From the human T2T-CHM13v2.0 reference genome, Homo sapiens, in assembly GCF_009914755.1 (NCBI RefSeq), contig NC_060926.1: a DNA stretch of 64,000 nt; one strand, given 5' to 3'. The notes beneath the pieces are model-generated. The model saw only the letters and a program-made list of their open reading frames with translations, did no database searches and had not been told where the DNA came from. Positions 55,641-64,000 of this stretch are shown here, piece after piece. Made by a program: the position numbers and the translations under genes. Numbering within the stretch: the first letter of the stretch is position 1; each line of letters begins with the position of its first letter.

Positions 55641-56668
55641 CTAATGTGATGTCTAGTAGGCATGTTTTTCTTTTTTGTCTCATTCTATAGGGATAGCAAC
55701 AAAACCTGAAAATGAAAATCAGTACTCACTAAAAAGAAGTTTTTGTTGTAAAAATGATCCATCTTGAAACCTATTGTGACAGTTGTGTCCTATTAAAAAA
55801 AAAAAAGAAAATATATTATTAGGTAGATTCACCTTGAAGGAGTTTCTTTTGCATAGGCTCCAAAACCAGATACATTGATGAGTTTGAGGCTTCCTGGTAG
55901 AACTCCCCAGTACATGTATTACTATGTATACAAAATCCATCAGTATATCTTCCAGGTTTGCTGAATCCAGTTACATAAAAAGGAAAATAGCTTTTGGAAC
56001 TAAGAGGTAGTGGTAGATTTTGATTGGTTCCGTTTTAATCAAGAATTAATGGGCTATCTTGGAACAGAAGATAGCATTAGCAGAAGATTTTATATCTAGG
56101 AAAAAGGGAAACTACCATTGTTTATTTTTGAGTATTATTATATTTGGTTTAGTTGTTGAGCTTTAATTCAAGTTCCATCTGCTTTAATAACACATGTGTT
56201 CTTCATGGATTTTAATAACTTGTAATTATCTTTATCTTGCATTCTTCATATTCACTAGATCATTTTTAGCATCATAAATTTGTCAGACCTACAGATGATT
56301 AAAATCTCTTAACAAAAGGCAAGATAAAGTGAAATGATTCAAGTTAAAGCTTACTTTTTCATAAAAGAGTGTTTCAGTAGAGTTATGTCTCAAAGGGATT
56401 CATGACTTATTTTATTGAAAGGGCCACAAAATAATCACAAAATATTACATCCATTAGGAAACCAACATGATTCTAATAAGCAGAGCAACAATATAATGCA
56501 TTAAACAACACCAGTCTTTTCTCTGATACACTTATCGCATCTTCAGTGAATGGTATTTGGTCATATATTTCTATTTTTATCTCTGCTTTGTTTTGAGGAA
56601 TCATTTTCTGTAGAGTAAGACCCTGGCACTAATGTTGCCTTTCCCCATACTTATAAAAAGTATCCTAG

Positions 56669-57291
<623 letters not shown>

Positions 57292-57610
57292 TGATCTCTT
57301 GTGATTCCAGTTAAATTTGAAACTATAACTTTCTACATGAGAAGGAAACATTATGAGAAGAAATTGCTACCGCTATTAGTGGTTCCAGCTCTTCAATGCA
57401 TAATGAGCACAAAAGGGATGTAATGCATAAGGCAAAGTAAAATAATTTCCATCAGCTTGAGATAGGAGAGAAAATCTGTTTGTATAAAGACTATCTTAAC
57501 AAGAGGATGATCTATCACTTGACTAGGGCACTAAACCATAAAGAATGCTAATAGAAAGCAGAGGAATAACTGGGCAATGAGGTGTGGTCCATTCATGCTT
57601 CCATATATGC

Positions 57611-57953
57611 CTCCTTTCCATCAGCAGCACCATCTCCTTTCCATCACCAGCACCATCTCCTTTCCATCATCATCAGCACCATCTCCTTTCCATCACCAGC
57701 ATCATCTCCTTTCCATCATCACCAGCATCAACTCCTTTCCATCATCACCAGCATCATCTGCTTTCCATCATCACCAGTGTCATCTCCTTTCCATCATCAC
57801 CAGTGTCATCTCCTTTCCATCATCACCAGCACCATCTCCTTTCCATCATCTCCAGCACCATCTCCTTTCCATCAGCAGCACCATCTTCTTTTGATCAGCA
57901 GCACCATCTCCTTTCCATCACCAGCATCATTTCCTTTCCATTTCCAGCATCAT
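57611..57953. repeat. Minisatellite, 14 units of 23 or 26 bp: CTCCTTTCCAT(CAT)CACCAGCAYCAT
   Basis: Segmented by eye: seven 23-mers and seven 26-mers, 343 bp in total. Confidence 0.95.
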
Positions 57954-58777
57954 TTACTTCAAGTCCTTTAGCAGTGTATGTGACAAATTGCCTTATTTTT
58001 AATGTGCATATGTGACAAAAATAATTTTCATTACCTATAACCAATCCCATCCTGTTTTTTGACTGAACAATCTTTTATTTATAAGACCAACACATTTTTT
58101 CCTCAGTTTATCACTTTTGCTTTATCAGTTGTGGTAAATGGTGGCTAGGTGAGTAGACTTGGTAACAAGAGACAAGGAAGGAGCACAGTTGATCTCTATA
58201 AGTAGGACAGGGAAATTGAGAGGCAAGATCTAAGGAAAATGCTTTCACTGGAGGATAATTAGATAAAGAGGAGAGCCGACTGTGAGGGTGAGAAGAGAGA
58301 TTGAGGACAATAAATGGATCTCATTTTCAGTGAAATGCTGTACTGTGTGCAGGGGTAATTCCCGTGTTCAATCTTTCCCATAAAACTCTCTCGGCAAGTT
58401 TTAAATACCTCATTGATGATGTTTTTATTTTGTTTGGCTGTTTTTGCTTTTCTAAAAAAGCCAGAAGTTTATGGAAATTATAATTATCAGGCTGTTTTAT
58501 AAAAAATTAAATAATAAACTCTTATCTGAAGTTAAAAAGATTCTGAACATTGTGCATATTTCATCTGCTAATGTTATTCACACTTTAGAGTAGCTCACTG
58601 ACAAACATAGGCCTTTACATGTATTCTTACTCTTTCTTATTTATATATTATTAATGATATGCAAGAAAGGCAAAAATACACACTTCAGACAAAGGATTAA
58701 AACAACCATATTCCAGGCACTGGGCCTATTTCTACTTATTGCTGATGGGTCTGGGAGGAGAAACACAATCAAGCTTA

Positions 58778-58841
58778 CATATATATATGTGTGTGTGTAT
58801 ATATATATTTTTTGCGATATATATATATACATATATATATA

Positions 58842-58906
<65 letters not shown>

Positions 58907-59259
58907 ATATGCCAGGGTCTGGCTCTGTCACCCAGGATAGAGTGTAGTGGCATGATCACAGCTCACTGCAGCCTTGACCTCCCTGGCTTAGGCGAACCTC
59001 CTGCCTCAGCCTCCTGAGTAGGTGTGACCACAGGAGCACACCACTGTACCTAGCTAATTTAAAATATACATATATATATACACACACATACATATATATA
59101 TATATTTGTGTATATATGTGTATATGTATGCAAATATATTTAGAAATGGGAGTCTTTCCATGTTGTCCATGCTGATCTTGAATTCCTGGGCTCAAGCAAT
59201 CCTCCCACCTCAGCCTCCCAAAATACTGGGATTACAGGTGTGAGCCATCGCCCCCAGCC
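58778..59259 (-). mobile_element. AluJ whose tail and middle linker are both (TA)n/(TG)n microsatellites
   Basis: Monomers at ~58911-59058 and ~59141-59259; TSD tcaagctta (58769-58777, 59260-59268). Confidence 0.88.
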
Positions 59260-59704
59260 TCAAGCTTATATTTGAGATTTTCATTCCTTTGGAAGAGAAT
59301 TCGACAACCTGACAAGAAAGAATGAAAATGTATTCATTTATTTTATCATCATCCTCACTTAGAGTTACAAGATCTGAAACACCAAGCAAATTGAGGATTT
59401 ATTTTTTGTTATATAAAAGTTGCTTTTGGAGGTGTGTAGCATTAACACTGTAACCCTAATCACCACTCCACCCCCATCAGTACATTTCAATCAGTAAATA
59501 GGGCAAAATGGAACAGAGCTTAGAACAGTGGTTCCCAAAGTGTGGTCCACCATTGGGGCTCCCTGAAACGCTTCCAGGATCTATGAAGTCAAAACCATTT
59601 TAATAATAATATCACTTTGTTGAAATTTAAATCTTAGTCAAGGCGGTGTTTAGTGGCAACTGTACTAGTTGCGATTAGTTTCTTCAACACGAAACTTCAG
59701 GCAC

Positions 59705-61808
<2,104 letters not shown>

Positions 61809-62384
61809 TTAAAAATGCCAATTTTATTTAAGAAGAATTACCTTACTGAAACATTAAAATACAGTGTTAAGTTTCAAGCCTTAAACATACATACATATTT
61901 TTAATATGCCAAGGATGAAATGAGAAGTTTGCCTAAAGCATTTTTATTACAATCCAAGTATGATGGTCATTCCATGGAAGAATATCTGTACTTGTTTGAG
62001 TTGCAGGCTGAGCTAACTCTTCTTCCATGGAACATGATTTTCACCTGAAAAAAATAACACAGAGACAAACTAGGTTTACTCAGGCTTGGATATCCAGCAG
62101 AAATTTTCTAGAAAACAAACCAAAGGTAGGTAGCTGTCAAGGGTAAAAATGATAGTATTTATTGCCAATGGAAAATTTGAACTTTCCAGTAAAACTTAGA
62201 ACCTTGTAAAATGTTTATTGGCAACTATGAAACTGATGGCTTCTCATACATGAACAGTTTTCTGAAGAGACTGATGGAGATGTTAACAATAGTGATTTTT
62301 TCTTGATGTTCTATGATGAAATATGCCAACTTTTAGGAGATCTGAATATCTCACTGAATATTTCCAAATGACTGATGCATCATT

Positions 62385-62880
62385 ATTTTAGGGACGCACA
62401 GATCTCAAAGGCAGACCGTAGCTTCTTATAATAGCAATCCGGAACGACAAAAACAAAACAAAACAAAAACAAACAAACAAACAAAAAAACACATCGGTTG
62501 GAGTTTGGAGTAATCCAAAGACAGGCTTCAGAAGTTCTCATTCTTCTAGGAGAGTTCACAGAGAAATCACTTCTTTCTCTGGCACTGAAATACAGCAAAA
62601 TATGTGCAGTGTTTCTGCCCTGTGAAGCCTAGTTGAGACTCAGAGTTCAGAGTTTTCACTGGAAGCTGGACACGTAGGCACAATGACCAGCTACTGCTAC
62701 TAAAATTCCAGACTCCCTAAAGGAAAGCAGTTGTTCAGTGCCCCAGGTGGGCAAAACAGTTTTATTAATGTAGGGAACATTTCAAAAGCCAAGTTCCCAG
62801 ATGCGAACCAAGGCCCAACCCTGAAAGTAAGCCTTTTTAATCGGAGCAAATCAGGTCTGCTGTATTAACTCCTTACCGCA
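62385..62880 (-). mobile_element. MER21-like LTR
   Basis: gagactcagagttcagagtttt...aaattccagactccc...aagttcccagatg...tcaggtctgctgtattaactc; left boundary uncertain. Confidence 0.65.
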
Positions 62881-62895
62881 TAATAGTGCTACACA

Positions 62896-63254
<359 letters not shown>

Positions 63255-64000
63255 TTAATGTAACACACAATGTACAATTTATGATAGAGATTCGGACTCC
63301 ATTTTGAAGTTAACCTTTAAGAAACCATGCTTGTTGAGTTTTTTGACTTACTTTCAAAGAAGAATATCTACAATTATTTGCAAAAACTATTAAAAGACTT
63401 CATCTTTTTCCAATTAGACATCTTTGTGAGGGCAGATTTCCTTCATACACTTCAGTGAAAACAACATAGCATAGCGAATTGAATTCAGAAGCAGATGTGA
63501 GAATCTAACTCTCTTCCATTAAGACAGACATTAAAGACATTTGCAAAGGAGAAAACCAGGCTTCTCATTAAATCTTGTTTTGGAAAACATAATTATTTTA
63601 TCTATAAAAGTATATTACTCATGTTAGCATATAATTGATTTATCTTTCCTATTTAAGAATGAATTGATACATACATATTTTTTAAAATTTCTGCTTTAAT
63701 TTCCAATATCATAATACAATACCGATATCAAAGAAATAAACTACATAAATAAAAACTATTTGGGGTCTTCAGTAAATTTTAGAGTGTAAACATGTCTTCA
63801 GGCCAACAGATTCGAGAAATGCTGGCTTAGACTACTAAGGTATAAATTCAGGGAATTTATAATCAATCAATCAGTATTGTTAATTCATCTTTAATAAAAT
63901 GTCAGTTCAGTAAGAATTTTGAGAGATGTGGAAGCTGGAATTGGGCTTGAGTCTATGACAGTCAACGAATACTCAGAATGTAAGTCTAAAAGAGAAATTT

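Noticed and set aside
57577-58015. His/Ser/Pro-rich ORFs in three frames, and a CRISPR-like look of the repeat
   Set aside because: The ORFs are a by-product of a stop-free tandem repeat. Units are adjacent with no unique spacers, and the DNA is primate.
58641-59195. YI/YV-repeat ORFs
   Set aside because: Translations of (TA)n/(TG)n microsatellites and Alu sequence.

Overview
Repeat-dominated, AT-rich primate genomic DNA, most likely human or another African great ape: the full-length L1 at the left carries the 129-bp 5'UTR deletion of L1PA3-6030/L1PA2/L1HS, and AluY copies are present. I cannot support any cellular protein-coding gene, tRNA, rRNA or CRISPR array. The long ORFs in the track are decayed LINE-1 ORF1/ORF2, one HERV-L dUTPase fragment, or antisense and simple-repeat artefacts. 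The window holds four clear L1PA copies, many older L1M/L2/MIR fragments, about 10 Alu-family copies, about 14 solo LTRs, MER53/MER5 MITEs and a Charlie1 hAT fossil with three nested insertions. The structure least explained by simple TE insertion is a complex local rearrangement at 29.5-33.5 kb. There a (TA)n tract holds a ~389-bp inverted copy of upstream DNA, two short direct copies of downstream DNA joined by microhomology, and a folded-back Alu 3' end, and a 24-bp exact match links the site to a neighbouring L1 insertion junction. It looks like a fossil multi-template-switch repair event, not a new gene system. Subfamily calls come from recalled consensus sequences and need RepeatMasker/Dfam confirmation.
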